A program made the translations under genes and the position numbers. This document shows positions 49,706-59,677 of a stretch of 64,000 nt of DNA, in pieces. Origin of the DNA: a candidate division WOR-3 bacterium (lineage in GTDB: Bacteria > Hydrothermota > Hydrothermia > JBDRYB01); the NCBI GenBank assembly GCA_039803205.1, contig JBDRYB010000006.1:1-64000 (forward strand), written 5' to 3'. Every line of letters begins with the position of its first letter. The first letter of the stretch is position 1. The notes under the pieces were generated by a model. That model worked only from the letters and a program-made list of their open reading frames with translations, made no database searches and was not told where the DNA came from.

Positions 49706-49870
49706 ATGAGTATTTTTCACGAATTTGCCGAGAGGCTCATTTTGTTTGGGGTCGTTGCACACACGGCCCTGGTTCTGGGCTTTGTTGGAATCGTCCTCCT
49801 CACAGGAGGGCATGGAAACCCGAAACCAGGAAACATTGCTCACATGGAGGTGAAGGCATGCTCTCGTTGA
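49706..49870 (+). CDS. 54-aa single-pass membrane protein (absent from the ORF track)
   Basis: MSIFHEFAERLILFGVVAHTALVLGFVGIVLLTGGHGNPKPGNIAHMEVKACSR; GAGGT ribosome-binding site and TATAAT at 49680. Confidence 0.5.
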   Translation: MSIFHEFAERLILFGVVAHTALVLGFVGIVLLTGGHGNPKPGNIAHMEVKACSR

Positions 49871-51219
49871 TTCTGGCACTCGTATCCCAGGGAAGGTTCA
49901 TAGTCCACTTTTCTTCCGCGTCTGACATGCAGATGGCCTTGCCCGCGCTCGCAGAGAAGGCCCAGGTGATAAAGACGGTCTCCAGGGCCCTGAATTTTGC
50001 TGTGGTCATCACAGAGGATCCGGACGCCCTGAGAGGACTGCCCGGGGTCATCCTCGTTGAACCGGATGGCCAGGTCTACTCGCTCTACACCCCGAACGAC
50101 TCAATCTGGCCCCAGCAGTGGGGCCCCCCGAACATACATTGCCCTGAGGCCTGGGACCTCACCTTCGGCGATAGCGCTGTGAGGGTCGGTGTCCTTGACG
50201 AGGGCATTGATTATCTGCACCCTGACCTGGCTCCTCATTTCGGCTCGAACCCCGGCTATGACTTTGTTGACGAGGACCCTGACCCCGCGCCTGATTGGGG
50301 CCTATACCACGAGATCCACGGCCAGCATGTAGCTGGAATCCTCGCGGCAGTCACGGGAAATGGGATATACATGGCAGGGGTCGCGATGTGCCATCTCTAT
50401 GCCCTTCGTGTCCTTGATTCCATGGGGGTGGGCTGGAACTCCGATATAGCTGAGGCCATCCTCTGGGCCGCGGATTCCGGGCTTCATGTGATAAACATGA
50501 GCCTCGGGGGCACATCCTCATCAGCAGTTCTGAGGAACGCCTGCGACACAGCTTTCGCGAGGGGCGTTCTCCTTCTCGCGGCCTCAGGAAATAACGGAGC
50601 AAATTACATCCTTTATCCCGCGGCATACGAGAGCGTCATTGCTGTTGGTGCAACGGATTCCACGAACAACCTCTGGGGGAACAGCAACTACGGGGACGAG
50701 CAGGAGCTCGTCGCACCAGGTGTGGATATAATCTCCATAATGCCATACGGTAACCTCTTCTATGGCGAATACCTGACCGTCTCCGGAACATCAATGGCTT
50801 GTCCTCATGCGGCAGGGGTCGCGGCGCTGGTTAAGGCGCAGTTCCCTGGTATGACGAACTCTGACATCAGACAGAGGCTCAGAGAAACCTCGGTTGACCT
50901 GGGCGACCCGGGCTGGGACATGTATTATGGCTATGGCAAGGTTGATGCATACAGGGCACTCGTCGGGGTTGAGGAATTGGCCGGGAAACCAGGAGTCTCT
51001 ATGATATCCGGGCCCACGGTGGTTTCTGGCCCCGCGGAGTTCGGATATAGCGGGCCAGGCATCAGTCTCTTTGATCCATCCGGCCGAAGGATAGCCGGGC
51101 TTTCCAGAAAAGGAGACAGGTTCTTCCTTGATCCGGATGGAATGGCACAGGGCGTATATTTCCTAGTGGGAGAGGGGTCCAATGCCCCGGTGAAAAAGAT
51201 AATCCTGAAGGAGAGATAG
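49858..51219 (+). CDS. S8 subtilisin-family serine peptidase with T9SS-type C-terminal domain
   Basis: VGVLDEG, HGQHVAG, AASGN, SGTSMACPH; LFDPSGR...GVYF...KKII. Confidence 0.93.
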   Translation: MLSLILALVSQGRFIVHFSSASDMQMALPALAEKAQVIKTVSRALNFAVVITEDPDALRGLPGVILVEPDGQVYSLYTPNDSIWPQQWGPPNIHCPEAWDLTFGDSAVRVGVLDEGIDYLHPDLAPHFGSNPGYDFVDEDPDPAPDWGLYHEIHGQHVAGILAAVTGNGIYMAGVAMCHLYALRVLDSMGVGWNSDIAEAILWAADSGLHVINMSLGGTSSSAVLRNACDTAFARGVLLLAASGNNGANYILYPAAYESVIAVGATDSTNNLWGNSNYGDEQELVAPGVDIISIMPYGNLFYGEYLTVSGTSMACPHAAGVAALVKAQFPGMTNSDIRQRLRETSVDLGDPGWDMYYGYGKVDAYRALVGVEELAGKPGVSMISGPTVVSGPAEFGYSGPGISLFDPSGRRIAGLSRKGDRFFLDPDGMAQGVYFLVGEGSNAPVKKIILKER

Positions 51220-52821
51220 ATGACCGGAATCCTCTTGCTCATGTTATCAGCGGAACCGACCAGGTGCGCTACTCCCTTGGTATACGAGCGGCAGACCCAG
51301 GCCGCGCTGGTTCCGAAAACCTGGGGCAAAAGACCAAAAGCAGGGCCCAGCGAAGGGGACACGGTCCTCCTATGGGTCATGGACCTCTCGGTAATGCCGC
51401 CGGACTGGAAAAAGATACCATTCGTTTGCATGAGGGTCACCCAGGACGCATACATAATGGTTGATGCCGCGGCTCTAGATTCCGGGTATGTGACCACCAC
51501 GACCGTGGACTCCATAGAATCCGCTTTCCAGGACAAAAGCCTCGGGCCTTGGCCCGACACGGGAATATATGTCATAGACACCTCCGCTTTTGGCCCTCCG
51601 CCGGACGAGCTTGACGCTGACCCCAGGATATATCTCCTCTACTACATCATAGAGGGCTACATGGGATACCAATTTGATGGGTATTTCAACTTTGCGGACG
51701 AGTATCCGGACTCCGTGGCTTGGAATCATTGGGGGATGCACTCCAACGAGCGGGAGTGCATATACCTGGACTGCCACAATGAATCCCCCGCGACCCCGCG
51801 AATGCTCGGCGTCCTGGCTCACGAGTTCCAGCACCTCATACACTGGCTCGGGGATGCGGACGAAACACCCTGGGTCAACGAGGGTTGCTCTGAGCTCGCC
51901 ATGTTCCTATACGGAGCGCCTGACCCAATAGTTGAGTTCCCGGGCAATCCGGACAACAGCCTGGTCACATGGTCAACCGGCTTCTCCGACTATGTGAAGG
52001 TCTATCTCTGGACACTATACCTCTACGAGCAGTTTGATTCGGGCTTCGCGCTCACGAGGGCGCTCGTCGATGAGAACGCGAACTCTGTTTTCGGGGTGGA
52101 GAATGCCCTTTCTGGCCAGGGCGTGCCAGGAATGACCGAGGCCTTCTCCATGTGGGTCCTGGCTAATTACCTTGATGATACGGGAACCTACGGCTACTAT
52201 GGTGAGGACCTCCCACCCTTCGCTCACCAGGGGAGCTACAGCTCTTATCCAGTTGGGCCGGTCTCAAAAACAGTCCACCTTTGGGCCGCTGACTACATAA
52301 GGTTCACGAATGTTCCTGACGGCTTGCAGTTTACCTTTAACGGCCAAGATGGAAAGCATTTCTTTTTGCTTGCTATGCTCTTCGATTCGTCGGGACCGAC
52401 CATGATATATGACATCTCACCGTCAAACGCGAACCAGGACACAACCGTGTATTTCTCGGAGGTAGGTTATCAGTATTACAAAGCGGTTATCGCGATAGCA
52501 GGATATCCCGATCCCTTGTCCGGAGACTCGTCAAACCAGAGCTACACATTTTGGGCTAACGGGACAGGCACGGACGAAGGCTCACGCTCCGAAAAACTCC
52601 GCTTCTGGTCAGATGGAAAGGGGGTCTTCCTTGGCCTACCATATGAGGAAGCAGTATCCATCAGGGTCTACGATGCTGGAGGTCGGATGATCCAAGGGCT
52701 CCACGAAGGGACCCTTGCCGCCGGAAACCATGAATTCACCCTGGATCCGTGGCCAAGGGGCATCCGTTTTGTGGTTCTCAGATACGAGGGGAAGAACCTC
52801 AGCCTGAAAATAGTTCACTAA
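51220..52821 (+). CDS. secreted zinc metallopeptidase (M30-like) with T9SS-type C-terminal domain
   Basis: LAHEFQHLIH...WVNEGCSE; VYDAGGR...G-HEF...KIVH. Confidence 0.82.
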   Translation: MTGILLLMLSAEPTRCATPLVYERQTQAALVPKTWGKRPKAGPSEGDTVLLWVMDLSVMPPDWKKIPFVCMRVTQDAYIMVDAAALDSGYVTTTTVDSIESAFQDKSLGPWPDTGIYVIDTSAFGPPPDELDADPRIYLLYYIIEGYMGYQFDGYFNFADEYPDSVAWNHWGMHSNERECIYLDCHNESPATPRMLGVLAHEFQHLIHWLGDADETPWVNEGCSELAMFLYGAPDPIVEFPGNPDNSLVTWSTGFSDYVKVYLWTLYLYEQFDSGFALTRALVDENANSVFGVENALSGQGVPGMTEAFSMWVLANYLDDTGTYGYYGEDLPPFAHQGSYSSYPVGPVSKTVHLWAADYIRFTNVPDGLQFTFNGQDGKHFFLLAMLFDSSGPTMIYDISPSNANQDTTVYFSEVGYQYYKAVIAIAGYPDPLSGDSSNQSYTFWANGTGTDEGSRSEKLRFWSDGKGVFLGLPYEEAVSIRVYDAGGRMIQGLHEGTLAAGNHEFTLDPWPRGIRFVVLRYEGKNLSLKIVH

Positions 52822-52825
52822 CCCC

Positions 52826-52871
52826 AAAAGCCCCGGTTCAAATTTCGCTCACCTCTCAGACCGGGGTTTTT
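52826..52871 (+). terminator. terminator-like hairpin with long loop
   Basis: AAAAGCCCCGGT...ACCGGGGTTTTT. Confidence 0.6.
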
Positions 52872-53014
52872 CAGTTCGGCTTGGGAAATCTTGAGGTGCC
52901 CACGAATCAGCCCCGTCGCTGAGCCAAGGGGCTAATCCGAACACGATAGCTTGTTGCATCACCAGATTCCCCTGCCTTAAAATTTCCCGCGAACCCGCAG
53001 AGGAGGGAAAAGAA

Positions 53015-53653
53015 ATGAGGAACTTTCTGCTCCTGAGCATGGTGTTTCTGGCTCTGGTTGGCTGTAAAAAGAAGCCAGAAGGGCCGGACGAGTTCACGAA
53101 GGCGTATCTTGCGGCTGGGGACCTGGGCGCGGAGGATCCTGAGCTGGGCGCTGATAGCCTGTATTCCCTTTACAAGAACAACCCCAAGTATCCTGACGAG
53201 GAGAGGTTGAGGGAGTGCCTTTTCCTCTCAGCGAACTGGGTCTACGGGAAGATAAGCCAGGTGAGTGAAAAGGACACAGCTGAGCAGACAAGGCTCATGA
53301 GGAAGGCCGCGGCCAGATACCAGGAGTTCGTTGAGAAGTATCCCACAAGCCCCAAGGCTGGCCAGGCATACAAGGACCTCGCTTACTGCCTCTTCATACT
53401 CAAGGACTACAGGGGTTGCATTAATGTCTGCAACACCTGGATAAACGACCCCCTCGCGTCCGCTTCCCCTTATCTCCCATACGCTTACAAATACGCCGGC
53501 AGGGCTTATACCTACCTGAACAAGAAGGACAGCGCCATAATATACCTGAAGGAGGCATACAAGCTCTTTGATGCCCAGGCATTCCTAGGAGAGGCAAAGG
53601 CCATGGAGGAGGACCTGAATAAGCTCGGCGTTAAAAAGCCATACTATAAGTAA
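53015..53653 (+). CDS. TPR-containing lipoprotein
   Basis: Lipobox LVGC; Y--F-EKYP-S--A--A pattern; promoter TTGCAT-N18-TAAAAT. Confidence 0.75.
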   Translation: MRNFLLLSMVFLALVGCKKKPEGPDEFTKAYLAAGDLGAEDPELGADSLYSLYKNNPKYPDEERLRECLFLSANWVYGKISQVSEKDTAEQTRLMRKAAARYQEFVEKYPTSPKAGQAYKDLAYCLFILKDYRGCINVCNTWINDPLASASPYLPYAYKYAGRAYTYLNKKDSAIIYLKEAYKLFDAQAFLGEAKAMEEDLNKLGVKKPYYK

Positions 53654-53690
53654 AACGAAACCTATTTTCATTATCGCTCGCTTGAAATAG

Positions 53691-54296
53691 ATGCGGGTTA
53701 TTTTGGTCAGACACGGCAAAACTCGCTGGAACGAGGAGGGAAGGCTGCAGGGGTGGAAGGGCGAAGCCCTCTCAGAAAGGGGGCTGAGAGAGGTTGAGGA
53801 GCTCTCGGAAAGCCTATCACAGTTAAAGCCTGAAGCAGTTTATTCATCGGACCTCCGGAGAGCGGTCCAGACAGCGGAAATGCTCATGAGATTGAACTCA
53901 TGGAGGGCCCCCCATGTAATCGATCGCCGTCTAAGGGAGATAAACCACGGCCTGTGGGAAGGCATGAGGGTCTCGGAGATAATGGACCTCAAGAACATGC
54001 AGACGGTTGAGGGGTTCAGGCCCCCAGGAGGGGAGAGCTTTCGGGATGTGGCCGAAAGGGTCTCAGGGTTCATCTCGGATCTCAGGTCCACTGGCCACAA
54101 AGAGGTCATCGTTGTCGGCCATCAGGTATCAAACGCTGTTTTCTCGCTCCTGGCCATGGGCTTCTCCCCTGACCACAGGGTCTTTGACCTCCTCTCAGCT
54201 GGGATGGTCTCCTCGCTGGGCCTCCTCGCTAACTCCGGCAGGAACCTCATGAGCCTCGTGCAATTCAACACCCAATTTGAGGAGATAAGGCTTTGA
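53691..54296 (+). CDS. histidine phosphatase (PGM/CobC family)
   Basis: LVRHG-T-WN, SSDL-RA-QTA, LREI--G-WEG, PGGES, VGH. Confidence 0.92.
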   Translation: MRVILVRHGKTRWNEEGRLQGWKGEALSERGLREVEELSESLSQLKPEAVYSSDLRRAVQTAEMLMRLNSWRAPHVIDRRLREINHGLWEGMRVSEIMDLKNMQTVEGFRPPGGESFRDVAERVSGFISDLRSTGHKEVIVVGHQVSNAVFSLLAMGFSPDHRVFDLLSAGMVSSLGLLANSGRNLMSLVQFNTQFEEIRL

Positions 54297-55840
54297 AGAG
54301 CAGGCTCGCGACAATAGGGAACTGGCTCGGGGATAGCCTGGTCGTTCTCTCGGGGTTGTGGATAGTTTCGGTTTTGATTCTCAGGGTATCTCAGGGGCCC
54401 ACAGGATTCGTTTTCGGGATAAAATTTTCCTTGATGGACATTCCAGGAACCGTGCTTCTGGCTACTGGGATGGGGTTCTTGGGCCTATCCATCTCAAGGT
54501 GGAGAAAGCACATGGGTAGGCTGGCCGCCGCGATCGGAAGGACTTGGTGGTTTCCCGTTGGTTTCTGGATAGCGCTTTCCCTCTCGTGGTGGCTCGTGAC
54601 CATGAACAACATCCGGACCATGGCAATATGGGGATTAGACACGGCTATATTTGAGAACATATTTTACAGGATATCAAGAGGAGACCCATACCTTGAGTTC
54701 ATGGGCATCCATCACCCTTACTTCATTTTTTATCCCATGGGGCTCCTCTACAGGTTCACTGGCCTGGCTGGCCCTATCCTCCTCCACAAGGTCTTGATGT
54801 TCTCATCGGTTCCTTGTGCCTGGCTCCTGGCAAGGGAGCTTGGCCATGACGAAGAGGGCACTGGTCTGGTTATACTGCTCATCGCGTTAATGCCAACCCT
54901 CTGGTGGATGGGAGGGGACGCGCCTTATCCGGATGTTTGTTTTCTGTCCTTGGGGATACTCATGGTTTGGGCTGGCCTCAGAGAGAACTATGCCCTTGCT
55001 GCGGCATTGGGCTTGGGGATGCTTCTGAACAGCGAATCAGGCGGCCTTGTTCTGGCCTGCACGGGAGCCGCCCTGGCTATAATGACCAAAAGATGGGCCT
55101 GGCTCTGGCTCGTCCCGGTCGGATTGGCGTCTGTTCCAATAGCCTTATGGTTTCAGGATAAGGTAGCTCCAGAGAGGGCAGGGGCCAGGCTCTTATATCG
55201 TTACGGCATAGATAGCATCACACCTGCATCCCTTCTTGGAGTTGGATTGAGGGTCTTTTGGCCATCAAGGCTTTACGCCCTCATCAGGCTGTTTCTGCAG
55301 GCAGGCCATCTTCCGTTCCTCGGCTTGCCCATATCAGCGCTCGCCATTATCCCAGCGGCCCCGCAACTCGCTGTAATAGCCCCAGGAACGAACCAAGCGA
55401 AGCTGGGGCTTTATCACGGATTCTATTCCCTTCCCCTGATCGCCATCGGGGCCATATGGGCGCTCAGGCGGTTCAGGAACCCTGTCCCTCACGGCCTCAT
55501 TGCCATCAGCGTTTCCCTCCTCAGCGGGATGAGGCTCTACAGGTTCTCTCCGCCTGAGGGTTTCGTAAAGAGGTGCGAGGAAGTAGCCTCGCTCGTTCCA
55601 AAGGGTGATTCGGTTGCCGCTTCCCCGTATATCTCTCTAAAGCTCTCCAGAAGGCCGTATCTCAGGATAGTCAACAACTCGGACGAGCTAATGGAGGAGC
55701 TCGGCCGGACGAGGCCCTGGGTCGCTCTTGAGGCACGCGGTTTCCGGGACATGAACGAAGCGGATTCCCTTCTTCTTCCCCGTGGCTACGAGAGGGTTTT
55801 CGCTGATACCTGCTTTGTCGTATGGAAGCCGCCAAAATAG
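54293..55840 (+). CDS. DUF2079-like polytopic membrane protein
   Basis: DTAIFEN...GIH, many TM helices, C-terminal VP-GDSVAAS. Confidence 0.6.
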   Translation: MKSRLATIGNWLGDSLVVLSGLWIVSVLILRVSQGPTGFVFGIKFSLMDIPGTVLLATGMGFLGLSISRWRKHMGRLAAAIGRTWWFPVGFWIALSLSWWLVTMNNIRTMAIWGLDTAIFENIFYRISRGDPYLEFMGIHHPYFIFYPMGLLYRFTGLAGPILLHKVLMFSSVPCAWLLARELGHDEEGTGLVILLIALMPTLWWMGGDAPYPDVCFLSLGILMVWAGLRENYALAAALGLGMLLNSESGGLVLACTGAALAIMTKRWAWLWLVPVGLASVPIALWFQDKVAPERAGARLLYRYGIDSITPASLLGVGLRVFWPSRLYALIRLFLQAGHLPFLGLPISALAIIPAAPQLAVIAPGTNQAKLGLYHGFYSLPLIAIGAIWALRRFRNPVPHGLIAISVSLLSGMRLYRFSPPEGFVKRCEEVASLVPKGDSVAASPYISLKLSRRPYLRIVNNSDELMEELGRTRPWVALEARGFRDMNEADSLLLPRGYERVFADTCFVVWKPPK

Positions 55841-55873
55841 GCCGGGCGCGTAAATCAGCGTTATAATTTTCCC

Positions 55874-57973
55874 ATGATAGCGTTCCTCCTCTCGTTAACC
55901 TGGACAAGCTACACGAACCGCAACGGCGTTCTTGACATATGTCCAGCCTCAGACACCCTCTATCTCGCCACAACAGGGGGCCTCGTGGTCTATTGGCCAG
56001 GCCACGGTGTCATTGCCGAACACACGAACATCCAAGGGCTTCCTGGGGTCGTCTTGTCCGGCGTCGCCCTGGATGGAGAGGCTAGGCCGTGGGTTCTGTG
56101 TCTGGGGGAGGGAATAGCGTATTGGGATGGGACGGAGTTCCAGAGGTATCCCCTTTACTCGCTTCCGATAAGCAATCCGGATAACATACGCTACGCCAAC
56201 GGTATATGGGCCAGGGGAAGGTGGGTCTATGTCGCGACAAACGAGGGGCTTTTGGTCCTGGACACGAAGGGAACCTCGGACACCCTTGACGACGGAAGAA
56301 GGCTCCTCTCGTTCTTTGACAAGGATACCGTATACACCCTTTACTTCTACAAGGACAGCGTCATAGCTGGTGGAAAGGGGGGCGCGTGGACAACTGATAC
56401 AGCCTCAATCCTGAACGAATCCTCCTGGGATCAGATATACCCATATAGGCCGGTCTTCGCTGTCCTCGTGAGCGATACATCCGTATATCTTGGAACGGAC
56501 AAGGGGCTGAGAAGGCTCAACGATCTTCTCATAGGCGAGGCCATTAGGGTAATAAGGATAGCTGAGCACGAGGGGAGGATATATTTCAACACCTACAATA
56601 AGGGGGTCTGGAGATACATCCCGAACCCGGAAATGGACCAGTTTAGCGAGGATACCCTCTGCCCTATAACGGACACGACCAAAAGGATATTCATGTGTCC
56701 CAGGGGCCTCTACGCTGGCCCAGCTGGGATATGGGTGGGTTTTGGCTGGCCCTACATAGATGACCTGGCCCCTCAGCTCTTCACCGGGGGATTCGCCAAA
56801 TACGAGGAGGGAAAGTGGAAGTTCAGGGGCTTTGGGGATATCGGGTTTGGGGTGGTGGGCGCGATGGCGAGGACGCCGGACGGTGCCATATGGATAGGAA
56901 CCACGCAACCAGGACAATATCCTGTTTCCTGCATGCGTTTCAAGGATGGGGTCTGGGACACGCTTTGGGCCATAAGGCACATAACATCATTCAAGGTCAC
57001 GAGAGGGGGAAGGCTCTTCGCTGGCTCTTGGGGCCAGGGGGTTTACGAGGTGGACACGGCCGGAAATGTCATCCGGCAGTATGATGAGAGTGAGGGTCTC
57101 AGCCCTCCGTATGTCGTTTCTTTGGGGACCGACCTGGCCGGAAACATCATAGTGGGGGTGATGGGCAATGTCTGCGCTTTCAGGATAAGGGATACGCTCG
57201 TGGAAAACTTTCAGGGACTCTATCTGGACAATACGCCGAATGTGGTTGAGATGGCTCCGGACGGCTCGCTTTGGATAGGCACATCCTCAGGCATTTACAT
57301 CTTCTCGGAGTCAGGGGGATCGTGGCATCAGACAGGCACCATAACCGGCGGCCTCCCTTCCCAGAACATAACATTTCTGGAACGCCACAAGGACAGGATG
57401 TATGTGGGGACAGCCGGGGGCCTCGCGATCTGGAGGGAAGGCTCAATGAAAACCTGCCTGGCTGGCAAAAACATCAACTGCGTGGAGCACGAGGCTAACG
57501 GGAGGATGTGGGTCTGGACAGCCGAGGGCCTTTATAGAACCGACAGCCTTGGCGGCGTGCTGGAGTCATACACGCCCGGCTCAAGCCTCCTGGTTGGTGA
57601 TGGGGAGGGCCTCGGCGATTATCCCATAGCCGATGCCATGGTCTTGGCCCCTGAGGCGGACCAGCTCTGGGTTGGCACGGACAAAGGCGTGTCCGTTCTC
57701 TGTGGTATAGGGGCCAGCGAAGGCTGGGTTAAGGGGCTTTACCTGTATCCGAATCCGCTTCACCTGAATCACGGCAAATACAGGTTTTACATCCCGGACG
57801 CGCTTCTGGGCTCATCGGTCTGGGTCTATACCGTTGATAGCAAGCAGGTAACATCAGCCGTTCTGGGCCCTGAGAGGGCGGTTGACCTCCCGAAGAGCAT
57901 AGCCCCTGGGCTTTATCTCGTCCTGGTCAAGAATGGGGATGAGTCCGTTGTCCTGAAGCTGGTTGTGATGTAG
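55874..57973 (+). CDS. PorZ-like double beta-propeller protein with T9SS-type C-terminal domain
   Basis: W-SYTN, YLAT-GGL, repeated W-GT--G units; YPNP...YTVD...PGLYLV...KLVV. Confidence 0.7.
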   Translation: MIAFLLSLTWTSYTNRNGVLDICPASDTLYLATTGGLVVYWPGHGVIAEHTNIQGLPGVVLSGVALDGEARPWVLCLGEGIAYWDGTEFQRYPLYSLPISNPDNIRYANGIWARGRWVYVATNEGLLVLDTKGTSDTLDDGRRLLSFFDKDTVYTLYFYKDSVIAGGKGGAWTTDTASILNESSWDQIYPYRPVFAVLVSDTSVYLGTDKGLRRLNDLLIGEAIRVIRIAEHEGRIYFNTYNKGVWRYIPNPEMDQFSEDTLCPITDTTKRIFMCPRGLYAGPAGIWVGFGWPYIDDLAPQLFTGGFAKYEEGKWKFRGFGDIGFGVVGAMARTPDGAIWIGTTQPGQYPVSCMRFKDGVWDTLWAIRHITSFKVTRGGRLFAGSWGQGVYEVDTAGNVIRQYDESEGLSPPYVVSLGTDLAGNIIVGVMGNVCAFRIRDTLVENFQGLYLDNTPNVVEMAPDGSLWIGTSSGIYIFSESGGSWHQTGTITGGLPSQNITFLERHKDRMYVGTAGGLAIWREGSMKTCLAGKNINCVEHEANGRMWVWTAEGLYRTDSLGGVLESYTPGSSLLVGDGEGLGDYPIADAMVLAPEADQLWVGTDKGVSVLCGIGASEGWVKGLYLYPNPLHLNHGKYRFYIPDALLGSSVWVYTVDSKQVTSAVLGPERAVDLPKSIAPGLYLVLVKNGDESVVLKLVVM

Positions 57974-58003
57974 GGCCTGGTGTCGGCGTGCTCGCCCCGT
58001 GCC

Positions 58004-59677
58004 CTATCCAGGAAGCATGTCCACTCCTCTGAGGAGAAGGGTTCCTCGCCTTATGGGAGTATCAGCCTCAACCTTGAATACTATATCAACCATATCCCCT
58101 GGCCTGAGGGAGACCCAGGCAGGATGGGGGGTTGAAAAGCTCACCAGCGCCTCAACATCGTTCTGATCCGCGAGGATGCTGAGGATGGAGCCGATCTGTT
58201 CAATTGACCTTATCCTAACTCCCCGGGCCAGAAAAACAGGCGCCCGGTTTCCGAAAGCGAAGGGGGTAAGCTTGTTGTAATCCCTGTAGAATGTTATGCT
58301 CATCTCCTCAAATGTCACCGTCGTATCTATCTCAACCGATGGCGAAAGGTCAAGGTTTGCCATCTTCCTCTTGGCTATCTCCTCTATTTTTTCCTTGAAC
58401 TCCTCTATGAACTTGTTTGGGATGGTGAAACCAGCGGCCATTGGGTGGCCTCCGAAATCATCAAAAAGATACGCTATCTCCTCAAGGGCTTCCTGAATGT
58501 GAAATCCTGGGATGGAACGGGCAGAGCCGCGAGAGGAGCCGTTCGCGCTCCTGGCTATTAGGGCTATTGGCCTGTTATATTGCTCTGAGAGCCTTGATGC
58601 CACTATGCCTATAACGCCCTCATGCCAGCCAGAGGAATCAGCAACCATGAACATCCTATCCTTCTGGGCCATGAGCATCTCCTTCGCCTCAGCGAGTATC
58701 CCGCGCTCTATGGACTGCCTTCTCTGATTCTCGCCCTCAAGGAACTGAGCGAGCGAGAGCGCTTCCGACCCAGAGGTGGTGATGAGGAGCTCAAATGACT
58801 TGTAGGCGCTGGTGAGCCTTCCAGCCGCGTTCAGCCTCGGAGCGAGCACATAGGATATGTGCCAAGGCTTTATGTCGCCGCTCACCCTTGCTGTGTGAGC
58901 GAGTGCCTTGAGGCCAGCCTTCAGTGTGTTTGAGAGAACCTTTATCCCGTATTCAACCAGGATGCGGTTTTCCCCGATTATGGGCGCGACATCCGCAACG
59001 GTTCCCAGGGCAACGAGATCAAGATCCCATAGGAGGGGCTTCGGATCAGCGCCCATTATCTCATAGAGGTAAAGCAGTAGCTTGAAAACCACACCAACGC
59101 CCGCCAAGTCCCTGAACGGGTAATCCCCAAGCCTGGGATTCACCAAAGCCAGAGCATCAGGAAGCTCTGATATGGGCTCGTGGTGATCCGTAATTATTAG
59201 ATCAATTCCGAGATCCCGCGCGAGGCTCGCCTCTTTCAACGCGGTTATGCCGCAATCAACGGTGATGATCAGGGATGCGCCCTCATCCGAGGCCCTTTGG
59301 ATCCCCCCCTCGGAAAGCCCGTATCCCTCGGAAAACCTGTCCGGGATGTATGGGATGACCCTTGTTGCCCCGAGCCGCTTCAGGTTCCTGTAAAGCAAAG
59401 CGAGGCCAGTTACCCCATCGGTATCGTAATCCCCGTGGATGAGTATGGTTTCATCCCTCCTTATTGCTCTGGCCATGCGCTCTGCGGCCTCAGAAACGCC
59501 GGAGAGCTGCTCAGATGGTATTATGTCGTTGAAGTCCTTCTCCAAAAAAACCCTTATCTCCTCCAATGATGATAGTCTCGTCGCCAGAACCCTCGCTATT
59601 GCTCCGTGTATTCCGAACGCCTCAAGTATGTCTCGCCAATAAAGCTTATCTTCCTTGAATTTCCAACGGAATTTCAC
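58004..59677 (-). CDS. recJ: single-stranded-DNA-specific exonuclease RecJ
   Basis: HGDYDTDG, TVDCG, TDHH, GTVADV, PRLNAAGR, GSARS, GGH-MAAG; GTG start 6 nt after TACAAT. Confidence 0.95.
   Translation of the reverse strand: MKFRWKFKEDKLYWRDILEAFGIHGAIARVLATRLSSLEEIRVFLEKDFNDIIPSEQLSGVSEAAERMARAIRRDETILIHGDYDTDGVTGLALLYRNLKRLGATRVIPYIPDRFSEGYGLSEGGIQRASDEGASLIITVDCGITALKEASLARDLGIDLIITDHHEPISELPDALALVNPRLGDYPFRDLAGVGVVFKLLLYLYEIMGADPKPLLWDLDLVALGTVADVAPIIGENRILVEYGIKVLSNTLKAGLKALAHTARVSGDIKPWHISYVLAPRLNAAGRLTSAYKSFELLITTSGSEALSLAQFLEGENQRRQSIERGILAEAKEMLMAQKDRMFMVADSSGWHEGVIGIVASRLSEQYNRPIALIARSANGSSRGSARSIPGFHIQEALEEIAYLFDDFGGHPMAAGFTIPNKFIEEFKEKIEEIAKRKMANLDLSPSVEIDTTVTFEEMSITFYRDYNKLTPFAFGNRAPVFLARGVRIRSIEQIGSILSILADQNDVEALVSFSTPHPAWVSLRPGDMVDIVFKVEADTPIRRGTLLLRGVDMLPG

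Noticed and set aside
52874..52942. Possible structured ncRNA (GTTCGG/CCGAAC and AGCCCC/GGGGCT pairings)
   Set aside because: The 6-bp stems could arise by chance at this GC content; there is no promoter and no match to an RNA family I recognise.
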